Shown here: in pieces, positions 25,757 through 40,400 of the stretch
How positions within the stretch are numbered: the stretch's first letter is position 1
Layout: every line of letters begins with the position of its first letter
Source: Ruditapes philippinarum
Lineage: Eukaryota
Direction: 5' to 3'
DNA: 64,000 nt
NCBI RefSeq assembly: GCF_026571515.1
Contig: NW_026857880.1
Span: 186,001 to 250,000, forward strand
The notes under the pieces: model-generated
What the model was told of the DNA's origin: nothing
What the model saw: the letters and a program-made list of their open reading frames with translations, nothing else
Databases searched by the model: none
Made by a program: the position numbers and the translations under genes

Positions 25757-28734
25757 TAGTCCATTGTCAGGTGGAATTAAAGACACTGTACAGACGACCA
25801 TTTTGTAAAACAGACATGGTTTAGAAATATTTATAGTGTTGCAGATATTTGTAGAACTGCTGCTCAGTTAAATTATTCAATTAAATGAAAGCGTTCCATT
25901 CATTTATGTTTGTTCATTTATGTATTAATTCACATTTTTTCATGCTTATTGGCGAAAATTTGATAAGGTTTTCGTACTGATTAATAAGTTATTATTATAT
26001 AATTCACAATTATTAAAGTTAATCCTTCGTTTCATGTTACCAAAATGATCAAATTAAGCTTTGGTTATTCTCTTGAACAGTTTAATACATGTATATCTTT
26101 TGCCCCATAACAAATAATAAAAGAAAAAAGAAACATAACTGCGTACAAACGAATCACTTGTTTTCTAAGAGTTAATTCCCTAGAAAATACAATTGGCCAC
26201 TACTGAATAATGCCTCAGAAATGGACATTTATTTTTCTTCTTTATAAAATTAAACTCTTTTTTTATAAAAAAAAATAAAACATATTCCTAACGCTTTAGT
26301 GACTGGTTTAAAACATATAAGATGATTATAACCGGAAGTAAGTATGTGAAATAACTTGACAAAAAGAAGCAAAACGTAAACAAAGCATTATACTTGTACT
26401 TATTGTCAAAAATCCTAAGAAGCACAAGATGGTAAAGCTTTAATGAATAATTTAATGACATGTAAATTTTATAAACTGAAGCAGGACACAAAAATGAAAA
26501 AAAGAGCATTTGAAAAATGAAAAAAGTGCACGGGACCGTAGGGTGTATTTATGGGCTTTTTAATTACTATATTGATAGATCCTACTATGACCTTTTAATT
26601 TGAATGACAATAAATTAACCCAAAACATTGACATGAGCTTTTTTGTTGATGTAAATCAATCGACCAATCAAATAACCTGATTAAAATATCTACAGACCGG
26701 GTCGCCCATTATTAAAATCCATGAGTATGACTAGAATGGACTGGTATCAATATCATTAATTACGGAATAGATTTTTTTTCACTTTCGTATAAATTCCTTC
26801 AAGATCTTAAATAAAAGTTGTCCTCTGTGATTACGTGTATTATTAGAATTTGTTCTCATGTCTATGTATGTTACATACTGAGATATATTTAATAAACTTG
26901 AAAACTTGAAACAGATATGTTTTTGGTGAAATTCTTTATGTAATTCACTTCTCCGATAATTAGTATTACACAGGTAAAGGATCTTTGCATTGTTTTTCTT
27001 TTGAATTCCCATTCCTGTTAGCCTTTACAGACCACATAAAACGTAATGAGAAACTTGTCAATAATGCTTCATACTAAAATTGAATTCATTAATTGAGTAG
27101 CAGGAATAATTTCGGAAAGAGTGTTAAATCGGGGTCTTTCATTCATTTTTTTTTGATAGACCTTGGTTAAATGCACCTCTTTGTTTGTCAGTGAAAGAGG
27201 CCAATGTGTTCAAATGTTTACGAATACGAGAAAAAACCAAACGAAATATTCGTTTACTACATATCACCTTAAGAATACATAAATAGTAAAATATTGACCC
27301 ATTTTCAGAAACCTCAACACAGAACCACGAAAGATTGCCTCAAGTGATGCTAGAGAAGAAATACGGTGATTCGTTTTGTTTACTCAACCTTATCTCTCAT
27401 GACAAGGTAAATATAATACAATTTATTTGTATAAACTTTAAAATAACTTCTGTAATATTGTCATTGAACATTATAATTATACTTAAATGTGCATTTAAAT
27501 GTATTACCTTGATAATTGACGTAACCTGAAAGTAATCTATCAACGAATTATACTGATTTGATACTTCCGGTTTTGGTTTAAAATATAATCCTTTCATATA
27601 ATAATAATATGTATATTATGAAATAACATAATTATGTAAAAAGTCAATCTAGCTGGTGAAAACCAATTAAATGTAACTATATGGAACCAAAATGACTCAA
27701 AATCAATACTCAAATCTAAGAAGTATCTCACAAATTCACAAGTTACTTTGGTTTACCCTACACTGACCCCATAATCTGAATATGCTGAAAAGTTGAGGAC
27801 TGTTAGGCAATTATATCGGATTTTATTATTGAGAGGAAGTGAAAGTATCGATTCAGAAAACGGCCCATGGTCTATGAGTGACTTAACTTATAGAATAATA
27901 TTGATTGTAAGTAATTTAATCCCATAAACTGCTGAATTTTATTTAAAGAATTGTCCTACATTTGAATACACTAACTCTGGAATAAAGACTATTTAGGGTT
28001 TTCCTGTAAAAACAAACTTTAATTATTATAGTTACAGCAATCTATTGTGTCGGGTAATGCACCGTGATCGGTAAGAGGTTTTTTTCCCTACGTTTTAGCT
28101 GGGAAAACCCACATTTGCCGAGTTCTGGATAACGTCTATTGGGAACAATGCAATTGAAGGTTCAAGTAGTTAAATATCAAACACGATATAGACCATAGTC
28201 CAACTGCACGGGTCTTTCTTTTTTATGTGTAAGATCTAACGATCCATCAATTCATGATTCATACATCGATCCATCATCCATCGATCAACCGTTCTATAAA
28301 TCCGTCTGTTCATACAAACAAAAAGATACTTAGGGGCTATGGAACAATAGATAACAGTAAATTTACTTTGATGCTTTTCATTCATTAAGATCTTATGTAG
28401 CTACTTTTTCTCTGGCGAAAAGAAAAATAGAGAGCATAAGAGTAGCCATATAAATACGAAACTTTTGAACACGTCCGTCTGTCAGTATTGAACAGATTCA
28501 TTAAAGAGAGAACTAAGTTGACAAACAGATTTAAGCAAAAAGTTTAAGTCGCCGGTAACAATTATATTGATTGGTGGTCCAATATTCGTGTATTGGAGTG
28601 ATCTCCACTTGACTTACAATAGATTTAACCTGTTCTCTTTAGTTAACAAATATAGTTAGGCGAAATTCTTATAGTATCCACTAGTAGACATTTCGGAACT
28701 ATGCATAAGATTGGTAAGGCGTGTATCTGATAAT

Positions 28735-29449
28735 TAAGCTATTGCGTTAGGGCCAATGCGTTCTCCCTGAGAACGAAAAGCGCAAAAAATGACAGTAAGA
28801 TCGTGACAGTACGACAGAACGATGGTGACAGTACGATAGTACGATAGTACGATGGGAACAGTACAACAGTGACAGAAAGATGGTGAAAATACGACAGTAT
28901 ACAATGAAGAAACTCTACAGTACGATGGTGACAGTCGATCGTACTGTCTTATTGTCACTATCGTACTGTCACCATCGTACTGTCGTATTGTCAAAATCGT
29001 ACTGTCACCATCGTACTGTCGTACTGACACTATCCTACTGTCGCATTGTCACCATCTTACTGTCACCTTCCTGTCGAGCATGCACAAACATTTCACTCAA
29101 CATGGCTTGCAAAACTTAGAAGTTATACCGGAGTTTTTTTTTAAAACTTTAACGCTACCACATATCAACTATCAAGGCAATCGAATGCTAACAGAATCTA
29201 CTTGTATATATGTTAGGCCATTGTTAAAATGAGACTTTATGTCACGTTCAACGATTTCTACCATGTTCTTATTTAATTATGCGCATGCTTAACAGGAACC
29301 ACAGTAAGATGGTGACAATACGACAGTACGACGGACTTTCACCATTGTATTGTCGTACCTCGCCATCGTACTGACGTATTATCACCATCGTAATGTCGCA
29401 CTGTCACCATCGTACTGCCACGTTTCGCTGGACCTTACGGAACACCGTA
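28735..29449. mobile_element. Degenerate TAC..GTA TIR element with ~30-bp cagtacgatggtgac arrays (IS3EU-like, non-autonomous)
   Basis: Right end ggaccttacggaacaccgta; diverged left end taagctattgcgttagggcc; flanks gataat/gatgat; internal arrays switch orientation. Confidence 0.6.
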
Positions 29450-30020
29450 GATGATAACATTCAATTGTGAAAATACGTGCTGAATAGCATGATCAAACAC
29501 TTGCAGTGTATAATAGCAAATTTTACGTTATTCGTGTCATTTTCCAGTACTCTTAGTGTTATTCATCCTTCTCTTTACCTTTTAATTCTTCAGTAATAAT
29601 AAGGAAAGTACAAAAGCTCAGTTCTTTATTTAATTCATCTTAAATGATATACGCCTTACAACATGTACAAATAAAGATATTAAATTTGAAATATTTTAAA
29701 ATGAGGAACAAGTCATAACATAGAACAAACTACAACTTATATCACTACATTTATTATTTATGATAATTGTTGTAACACTTTACATGAAATGAATATGATA
29801 AAGAAATTTTGATACTAGAAGACATATAATTCTGTGTCATATAATTATTCTAGTTTTTCTTTATTCTATTTGTTTTATAGAGATGATTCAATGATTCCCT
29901 AACAGAGATGATTTGATCACTCCAGATTTGTTATTCTAATTGTCTCAATGATTATAGATTATTTTTGTAATGACTTATTACTATTCGGACAACTGCCAAT
30001 CTCGATTTTTTTTTTCATCG

Positions 30021-33000
30021 CTACTCTTTATTCAAGAACTTTGCAGCAATGAGTATTCCACCTGCTGCCCATGCAGCCAGCCAAGCAACTATATCCAGGG
30101 CAAACCCATATCCAAAATCGGATCCGCTTCTTTTTACTTTATCAGCAAATACTGCCATAGCAATCATCAAGAAAAGTCCTGAAAGAGAAAACAAAACTAC
30201 GGATTCACTAACTTTATAATAATTTTAAAACCAATGTTATACCAGTATTTTTTATGGACCAATACATATACATGTAGCACATGTAAGAATAAACGTTTAT
30301 GTGGAAGAACTTCGCCAATCGGAAATAACTCGAAGCACTTCGCCAACCGAGAATAACTCATTTTAATAAGAACACATACTACGTGATGATGTATTGATTG
30401 AAGGAGATTGTCACATATAATTGAGACTCAATTTTTATAACTTTATATTACTTAAAGATTAAAAAAATGTTTAATTTCCAACTTGACTGGTGGAGGAAAA
30501 CTTCAGGTGTCCCTAGGTAGAACCACCGGCGTTATGTAAGCAAGCTAGATAAGTTTTATAACCCTGTCGGGATTCAAAGTGGTTTGAAGTTTACGACCTT
30601 AAACACTCGGCCTCGGACAACCTTATTAATTTGTTTAATATCTAATAATAATTGGATAATGTTTCAATGCATGCTGTTTTTCCGTATGACTTTTTTCATT
30701 ACATTTGTGCCACATGCCAGGGCGTTTTCCATTATGAGGTACTTACTCAAGAGTAAACCAATATGACGGTTGACCTGTTCCGTAACCATTAAACTGCCTT
30801 GGTAAAGTGTTACTACCTAAATCACATGACTTTTAGACAAGAATTAAACTGTCATAATTAGGAAAATACACACATTGGAGAGTATCTACATAAGTAAAGC
30901 GAACGTGTTCAGTACAAATTAAGTTAAAGAGGAAACGGCTTGAACCTATTTAACATCTGGTGTTTGATATAACCATTTAAACATTAACATATTTATATAC
31001 TGACCTGACGCGAAATTCAAGCCTCCAGCTGCAAAGAGCAGCATCTGTTGATCCTTCATTACAAACATCACAAGCACTGCGCACACAACAGCTCCTGTTA
31101 TTCCGAATATAGCCAAAAATATCATTGCCTTGCACGCCTTGACAGAGTCTTTTTGCTCGTCTGTGGCTAAAGCTAAAGATAAAAAAGAACTCAAACTATT
31201 TAGAAATCATTAAAGCGGTTAAAAAAAATTCATGATATGGGAAGATCGTTTGTTAATATTACATAACTTCTATACATTCGTGTAAAGAACGTTTGGCAAA
31301 CCGGTGCATAATCAAGATCAATGTCAGATTTGAAGGGCAAATTATACTTCAATGCATACTTCATTTGTCTTATATTCTGTTTTTTTCTTTTTTTTAACTT
31401 TAATAAAGTTTTCATTACGTTCGACAATGGACAAAACAAATGTGACATCAATGTCTGCTCAGAGAAGTGAGAATAATGTTATTTTTCAAGTTATGTTTTA
31501 GGCTTATATGGGATATTTGTGTAATTTGGCCTTCAATCTTTGCAAATGATACATGAAATCGGATTCAATAATCCACAACTCAATGTTCATACAGATTTTT
31601 CAGGTCGATTGTGTAGGAAGCATGAAGCTTATAAACACACCCTCAAATCCATTTCTGGAACAAACCAATACTGAGCAACAAGTGTAAAGATACATTGTAT
31701 TTGCTCAATTAAGCATTATGTGTTTATTTTGGTTTCATGCAGAATGAAAGGGTAAACGACATAAGTGAGTTTAATTATTAAGATGTGTTATAATGTTTGG
31801 TTTATACAAATTTATTTTAGTTCGATTGTGTTGGAAGCTATACTAAGCTTATTGAAACACTCTCGAATCCGTTCCTGGAATCAACCAGTACTAAGCAATG
31901 AATGTAAAGTTTCTTGCTCAAGGAAACAATGTTCTTATTGAGTCTTTAAAGTCCTTGTTGAAAATTGAGACAAGAGACGTATGCAATTATAAATTGTGTG
32001 GCCAACTTATTATAGCTTATAATTATAAATGATTTATACAATTTGAAAGATAAATATTTTGATATTCTTAAATCATTCATATTTCGTGTACCTCCGACTG
32101 CTGGTTTGCCTTCATAAACAGTGACCTCTGGATGTGTCCTAACGCTGCATATAAATGGTGCCATTGTTTATTCATTTAACGCAGCAAGTACACTAAAACA
32201 AGAACAGCCAGTCTTTATTGGCAGTTTTACGATGGTTATTTTCTTCTTTGTGTATTGTGACAAAGTCACGAGTCATATTCAAATCAAACTTTGCATGATA
32301 AAATAAACAAATAAAATAGACTGATAAAACAAACAATTTAAGAAAAAACATTAAGGTAGACGATTTTAGATTTTTAGTAATTTGCCTTGAAACTTATTTT
32401 TTTGTTTTGTTCATTTTATGGGAAGGCAGTTCACATCGGATTTAAGCAAAGCTTTGTATGTACATCAATTCCTTTAGAAGTGTTGTATTAAATGTGCTCT
32501 TAATGTCAACATTTGCTTTTTTAATTTAATTTTAACCCATCACTTCATATAAACGTCTTTTCATGCCTTTTCGCACCCCCTCCTTTGAGGCCTCAAAATG
32601 TGAAAAATACCCTAATTAGGCCCCAAACACTTGTTTTCGTTTGAGAAATGGTCACTCTCGGCGCCATCCCCTATCAAATAGATACAACAATGGCGTGCCA
32701 GAAGGGGGTGTGCCACTTTCTGTTTTGGGGGTTTGAAGGGGGGCAGCAGACCCTCTCTTCTCTAAAAAAACTTATTGTACTTGTGAGAGGCTAAAACTTT
32801 CCTCAGGTCGACTTTAAGGTAACGTGTAACCAGCGCCGAAAAGCTTTTGACTCTATCTTAATCCATTAAGGAGTTGCAGCACTTTGAAATCAGTTTTGAT
32901 GGAAAATTCAACGCAAAAAAGTGATTTTTGGCAATTTTGACATGTCCTCTTGTTGCAATGGTAACAGAAACTTTAAGATTGAGTATACCGTTACAAAAGC

Positions 33001-33676
33001 TATGGTCCAGTCAACATTTGTGCATAGCTTGAACAGTATTGAAGACTTTTTTTATAGTTCCATAGCTATTTGAACTTGTAAATGGAGGCTTTCAAATGAA
33101 AACAGCCATATTTCACAAAATGCTCGTGCAGTAATGGGTTTAAGAAGAAATATTTCAGCCAGAAAAAAAAATTGTCAAGAAACGATTAACTAGATTTGCA
33201 TATAATTGTATATTACCATAAAATATAAAAATCAGATACTTCAAACTTATACTTCAGTTATCTGCCCTTTGAATGACCTAAGATAAGCAAAAAATTCAAA
33301 TTCAAGGGCAAATTACTTAAAAACTAGACCGTCCGCCCTGATTTTCTTTCACATAAAGTGATTATTTTGTCCAATTCCAAGATCATGCTCAGCTTAAAGA
33401 AATTCCAGGAAATTCCAGCAAAACTGAAATAAAAAAAACGAAGAATCTTTTAGATAAAAAGAATAAAGTAATTGTTTTACCTGCAGAAACATCATCAATA
33501 TCTACACAGGTTTCTGTTGCAGAACCTTTGGAGCATATTTCCCACAATCCGACCTCATAATCAATAGTGGATGTTACCTCGATTATTTCCCATTTCTCGG
33601 CCGCCAGTGCTATAATGGCAAAAAGAAGGGCCACTCCAGATACCCCAATGCCTACGAGTCCTATGATGTTTGCCAT
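30021..33676 (-). CDS. Claudin/PMP22/EMP-family tetraspan protein, paralog 1, 3 exons, 171 aa
   Basis: Exons 33676-33481, 31166-31005 and 30178-30021, GT-AG, phase 1. W-x-GLW-x2-C-x8-C signature in loop 1, four hydrophobic segments, GYGFALDIVAW before TM4. An in-frame upstream ATG at 33745 could add 23 aa. Confidence 0.9.
30470..30622 (-). mobile_element. tRNA-derived SINE fragment
   Basis: tggtggaggaaaac...gggattcaaa...acgaccttaaacactcggcctcgga is the reverse complement of a tRNA-like head similar to the SINE at 328. Confidence 0.5.
32536..33138. mobile_element. piggyBac-like MITE in intron 1 of tetraspan paralog 1
   Basis: ttaa|CCCATCACTTCA ... TGCAGTAATGGG|ttta; body is homologous in reverse orientation to 56790-57381; absent from the paralog 2 intron. 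Confidence 0.75.
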
Positions 33677-33984
33677 AACCGCACTGTAGCTAAGCTTGAC
33701 ACGAAATGGTAGTTTGTCAAACAGTTTGTTTACTTTGGTTACCATGTTAAGGACAAGGAAACAGAGGGGAAGGGATCCAAATGCAATTATTCGTTTCTTG
33801 TCCACTTTTAATGTGTTTTGTTTGTACGCCGTCAAAATTTTAACTTAATACCACAATTTAGCAATAGTAAGTATTATATACTGAATAACAATTGTAAGTT
33901 TATTTATTACAGAACATTAAATTATATACCGAGATATAGGATTATACGGACCTAGGAGGCTTAAAAAAACAGTGTGTAAAGAAA

Positions 33985-35122
33985 ACTTAGTGCTCGCCAA
34001 TTTTTTTAAGCCAATCACCGACGAGGATTTTTCAAATTTTCAGGTTTCAAATCTTAATAGAACAGATTTTATATAAACTGGACGTTTTATATTATAAAAC
34101 GCAAGTGGGCGGAGCTAAGTTTCGAAGAGCGCTAAAGTGAAATATACGCATGTGCAGAGATCTTGAAGTTTACTCCTACTAATCAATATTTATGCATCAT
34201 GTTTTTTCCGTACACGCACATGTATATCGTCACTACGGCATAGAATTAAAAAGAGGTTCATTGAAATGAAAACAGGCAAAATAACAGTAAAAATGTTTTA
34301 TTACTTACGGAACCAGTATCATTTTATAATTTCCAAATAAAAAGTTCACTTATTCTAACAAAGTATGTATGTAATACATGTATTTCTTACTTTTTATGTA
34401 AATATTACAGCCCGTGCCGCTGCAAAACCGAAAGTAGGGTGTTTTTTATTAATTTTACATTTATTTTTGACAATATACTGCCATTTGTCCGAAGATGGTA
34501 TGTATATGAACATAATAAATATGTATGATGCATATATTATCAAGATACAGGTTCATTTCAGCCCGAAAAATATGTCGAGGTGACGGGCGAGGCAAGACAT
34601 GTCGACTTTTTGTAGCTTATTGACAAATCAGCACATAAATAAAACATTCTAGTGTTCCGTGGTATACATCTTTTCTACGTGTCATACCTCCTTTCCTTAT
34701 TACAATGAATTTTTACTGCATTGTTATCCATCGCTGGTTTGTTTTTAGCAGAGAATGACCTGTGTACAGCGTATGTTCAAAGAGGGTACCGTTTGAGAAT
34801 ATTTTGCAAAGAGGGTACCGATATGGATATGCACCGTCATATTGTCTGATTTACCTTATAAGCTATGCAAAACACGTGACCCGTAAATGTGTACCGCTAC
34901 CTCTTCCAAATATGGTTATACACATTTCTAGGCTATCGTGTGACGTCACGCAGTGTGTTGGGCGGAAAAAAATGGGCGGAGCACTAAGCCGGTTAGAGTG
35001 CATATTGGATGTTCTTCGTAAATAAGAAAGCTACAGTCGCTTTGCAAGCTACAGTCGCTTTGCAAGCTCCGCTCCTTTTTAGCTTTCTTATTTACGAAGA
35101 ACACCCAATATGCACTCTAACC
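33985..35122. mobile_element. Unclassified insertion with subterminal inverted repeats and a terminal ~130-bp hairpin
   Basis: cttagtgctcgccaattttttt (33986) is inverted relative to aaaaaatgggcggagcactaag (~34989), followed by the hairpin gttagagtgcatattgg...ccaatatgcactctaac; missing from the matching upstream region of paralog 2. Confidence 0.55.
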
Positions 35123-36919
35123 TATACTTAAGCTTTTTACTGCTCTCATGTACTATATAATCTACATGCATATTGATTTTTTATATATACCCACATAGAT
35201 ACAATCTCTACGTATAGACAACCATTCACATATATCAATAATGCGCACTTTCTAAATAGAGACCACAACCGTACCAATTTTATTAATCTTGTTTAAGAAA
35301 TTAAGAAATTATTTCTACTGCTTGACTAACGAACTAACTTAAGACTGTTTTGTGCATATTTTGACATTAATTTGGTAATGGACGTGGATTGAAAATGCCG
35401 TTTGAAAGGGGTATATTACTTTCCTGAAAACATATTCAAAATTATAATAAAATTTAATATGGTTCTGAAGGCATGTTGCTTTAAAGGATTTCCAACTTCA
35501 AAATAGAAAAGTGGGCTATCAATAGACTAGAGCCATACACGGCTTCCACTTACTTTCTCTGACTTAGACGATTCTCAAACTCGACTCAGATTATAAAGTC
35601 TCATTTTGGCTTTTACAATTAGTAAGCTTAATTCAACATCTATTTTTTTTCTACATAGATTTTTTTCTAAAGACATTAGTTTTGAAAATTATAATGGTTT
35701 TGAAAAATTATATACCGGTGAAATCGACATTATCTCGACGCAGTAGAGATATTTTTCATACCGGACACAATTATGTATACGGTATATAAAATACAATTGA
35801 TAGATCCCGTTTTTACAATATTTACTTCCCTTGCCAAACAATCTACTTATTTATTTATACATATGCATAAAAATATTATACAACAACAACAACAACAACA
35901 ACATATATTTAGCTATTAAGCGTAATCGTGCTTTTAGCCATAATATACAATTAACATAATGTGATTATAGCAGCAGTATGGAAAAGATTTTTTATCAGTT
36001 TTCATGAAGATGATAGTATTATGAAAGATATTTTTATATTATCTGAAGCATATGATTTATTGGGAATAACCCAAAAAATGGCAGCCAGGGGAGGTTATAA
36101 TTGTTATGCGAAAAGCATCTATAAAATGGTACAAATTTATTGACTTTTAGAATAAAAAATGTTTCACTTTAGACAAAGAAATCTGGACATTTGGATTAAA
36201 GGAAATGGTAAAATTCTATGCGCTACGGAGTCATAATTTTGTTATTACCATAATTTGTTTTGGCTTGCTATTTATCGCAATCGTTAATTCTACTTTGTTT
36301 TCTGTTTATTGTTACCAAGGCAACCTGCAAAAAAGAAACACTCGTTTGTTACATTTGAGGTATTTTTAAAAGCATATACAGTCTATTTTACTGTTACTTT
36401 TTAGGAATATATGACATCGTTAATTAAGATGATAGTACGTACGTCAATGTGAATTAACAATTCGCGCTTTTTCCTTTCATTTCCTTCTGTATTAACAAAC
36501 TGATAGCATTGATTTAAAAAATATGTAAGGTTATGTTGTGATTGGTCCTTCATGAGAATTTTAAAACGCCATTTTGATTCATAATCTTAAAGAGCCATCG
36601 ATTTGATATATGAGAGAAATATCTGAGAAAGTATCTCATTTGATTGATCAAGAACTGACCAGAAACAAATAATTTAATCCTATTGAAAGCAGCTCAAATT
36701 TCAGCTCGTACGATGTAAAAATGTACACATAATATCTCTTTACTTAAAATTGATCATTTTGTTAAATAATAAAACGAAACTATGCGTTATCAAAAAACCA
36801 ATTAATATGCTCGACAACCACATGTAAATCAATGTAAATATTTAAGGATCTCCACGGATCCACGTATGTGTTCTAAAGCCTAAAAACATTTCCAAAAGGA
36901 TTGCCTGTATGAAATAAAT

Positions 36920-37154
36920 GAGCTGCGTCATCACAAAACCAACATAGTGTGTTTGCGACCAGCATAGATCCAGACCAGCCTGCGCATCCGCGCAGTCTGA
37001 TCAGGATCCATGCTGTTCGCTATCAGTTTCTCTACTTGCTATAGGGTTTGTAAGCGAACAGCATGGATCCTGATCAGACTGCACGGATGCGCAGGCATGT
37101 CTGGATCCATGCTGGTCGCAAACCCATTATGTTGGTTTTGTCATGACGCGGGGC
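36920..37154. mobile_element. Palindromic MITE, second copy, AAAT TSD (Sola-like)
   Basis: aaat|GAGCTGCGTCATCACAAAACCAACAT ... ATGTTGGTTTTGTCATGACGCGGGGC|aaat; same family as 3760-3977. Confidence 0.8.
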
Positions 37155-37465
37155 AAATATAGTAGTAAATTACTCAGAGAACCATTTATGGACTCATTGT
37201 TAAACGGATTAAAACTGACATCTTTTTTCTGTTTTTTGTTTTTCGGTTCAGTAAGACCGCTAGAAGGTCTTTCTTTTGCACGTGCAAAGGTGTGGTCTTG
37301 TCAAATAGACCCGGTCATGTAAGGCACGTGATAAGGATGACATGCCTTCGAGCAGATTAAAAATAACATTTAAAGAAATCAGAAATTTAAAAAAAAACGT
37401 ACATGGTGATTTTAATTCAACAAAAAAAAGCATTAAACAATATAATGTTAATTGATACACTTAAA

Positions 37466-40400
37466 TATGGTGGCTAAATTCTGCCATGTCTTTACTTCGT
37501 TCTGTCGCGGTTGAAGGGGGGGGGGGGGGGAGGGACAACACTAAAGAGCGAAATAACGACATAAATATAAATTTTCGCTTCGTCGCACTGTTTTGATCGT
37601 TTTTGTCGTTACTTCTTGTCGGCGCCCTTCAAACAAAACGAAAGCGTCGATACGAGATTTCAACGCGACAACACGAATATAAAAAATATCGTTCTGTCAG
37701 CCAAATTCGGCGTGTTGGCGCCCTATATTTGGCTTTATCTTGTTCTATCGCCATTGCGTTCCACAGGTGCAATAACACGAAAGAACGAAGAAATGTTAAT
37801 TTCGTTTCGGCGCGTTGTCGAATCCGCTTAGCGGTATGACTAAAATACGAAAGTGTCTTTGAAATTTTAATTATATAGCGTTGAAATAAAATTTTACAAT
37901 AAAATTGCAGTTTGAAGACATATATTATCAATTTTTTTTTTCAAAAATAATTATTATGATGATTCAATCGCCATTTATTTCCATAATTTCTATGAACGTC
38001 AATTTAGCTGGTAGTTGAATATTCGAATAACCAAGTACTTACAAGCTGGTAGTTGGTTATTAATAATACATAATTACCAACAATTTAACAGGTGGTAGTT
38101 GATAATTCAATCCAGTGTTACAGCATGAAATTGACAAACACATCATATGTTTTAAAACACAGAAAAAGGAGGGGACTTAGTTTGTTATTCAACTGCCAAC
38201 CAGAAGGTATTTGGATATTCAATTCGAACAGAATGTACTTTCCCAGAACTAATATAACATATATACAGTGCGACAGATGTGTTCTGTGTTCGTTGGAAGT
38301 TGGAATCATGAATTCGCGTAGTTGGAATCATAAATACGTGAAGTTGAATTCGTGAATTTGTTAAGTTGCAATCGTGAATTCACGAAGATGAAATAAGGAA
38401 CTGATGAAGTAAAATGTCCCCACCGGTCTTTCGTAGAAGACAGTAAATGAGTGTAGTTACGTAGATATCGAAGTCATTTTATAATTACTTAAGTTACTTA
38501 TTGGTAAGCAGAAAAATACAAAAGCTTCAATGTATAGTGATAATCAATACAAATATTGAAATTTTCAAAGTCCAAGATCCTATGCATGTAACCCTATATT
38601 TTTTCTCTCTATTATACCACTCTCGGGTAATAACTTTAATTCGCAAGGACTTTCCCACTGGTTATTTTTGCAAATTTGAGTCACATAGTAATGTATCGGC
38701 GTCTTTCAAATCAGAAGTCAGGTGTAGCAAAAATAAATTAGACACGTGCCTTAACCTTTAGTAGTTGAGAACATAAAATAAGCACTAGGCCCCTCGTATC
38801 TCACTGGAAAACATTTTAAGCTCACCTGAGCTAGCTCAGGGTGAGCTTTTACGATCGTTGAATGTCCGTTGTCGGTCGTCCGTCCACGTTTGTTCGTTAA
38901 CACTCTAGTATTCACTTTTTTGCCTCAATCATCATCAAATTTTGTCCGGATACTTATCTAGGTAATAGCTCGGATGAGTTCGAACATTCGTCATCTCGGA
39001 TGAAAAACTAGGTCAAAGGTGCTAAAAATATAAAAAAAAAAAAAAACTTACTCAATCATCATCAAATTTATGCAGAATATATGTCTAGATAATTGCTCAA
39101 ATAAGTTTGAAAATGGGTCATCTCGGTTGAAAAGCTAGGTCACAATAGCTAAAAATAGAAAACCTTGTTAACCGTCTAGTGGTCACATTTTTGACTCAAT
39201 CATAATAAAAAACTTGGTCAGGATGCATGTCGAGGTAATTGCCCGGATGAGTTTGAACATGGATTATCTCGGATGAAAAACTAGGTCACAGAAGCTAAAA
39301 ATAGAAAAATCTTGTTAGCACTTTAGTGGCTACTGTTTTGATCCAAATATCCTGGAAATTGGTCTGAAACTTTGTTTTGATGATTTCTAGGTCAAATTCG
39401 AATATGGATAACCTGGGTTTAAAAACTAGGTCAAACCGCCCAAATACGGAAAACCTTGTAAACACTCTAGTGATCATATTTTTGACTCAATTATCATCAA
39501 ACTTGGTGAGGATGCTTGTCTAGCTTATTGCTCGGATTACTTTGAACATGGGTCATCTCGGATTTAAAACTGGGTCACAGGAGCTAAAAATAGAAAAACC
39601 TTGGTAACATTCTAGTGGTCACATTTTTTACTCAATTATCATCAAACTTGGTGGGGATGCTTGTCTAGGTAATTTTTTGGATAAGTTTGAACATGGATCA
39701 CCTCGGATGAAAAACTAAGTCACATAACTAGCACAACAACTAGCTAAAAAGAAAAAAATCTTGTTAGCACTCTAGTGGCTACTGTTTTGATCCAAATATC
39801 CTGTGTATTGGTCTGAAAGATTGTTTTGATGATTTTTAGGTCAAGGTCGAATATGGGTAACCTGGGTTCAAAAACTTGGTCAGGCTGCTCAAATATGGAT
39901 AACACTCTGGTGGTCATATTTTGATTCACCTGTTATGAAACTTGGTCAGAATGCTTGTCTAGGTAATTGTTTGGATGAGTTCGATGGGTCAGGTTAGCGA
40001 TCCTGGGCCATCTTTGTCCTCTTGTTAGTAATAAACACTTGTCTGCACTTTAATCGTCCCCTCCCTGTCTCAAAAAGTCCCAATGACCACAGTATACATG
40101 TAACCCACGACCTATGGATTGTGAGATAGACTCTAGGATTGCGTTCCAATTGCGTTTAACTTTTAAAATCCGCCAAACATGAACTGATACTGAAATGATA
40201 AAATGATATCTATTCAATAAATAAAAATAACCAATATCTGACCAGCAATGCAACCAATACAAAAACACGAATAGGCATTTAAGCAGGATACAGACTTATA
40301 TGGGGCGACAAAACGATAATTTTATCTTCGTGTTGTCGCGTTAAAATCTCGTATCGGCGCTTTTATATTTTCGTTTGTCGTGATGTCGCGTTTGAAGAGC

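Noticed and set aside
28734-29119. Repetitive ORFs (RQYDGDSTI...), also at 59835-60053 and 60384-60701
   Set aside because: Produced by ~30-bp arrays in TIR elements; no splice or homology support.
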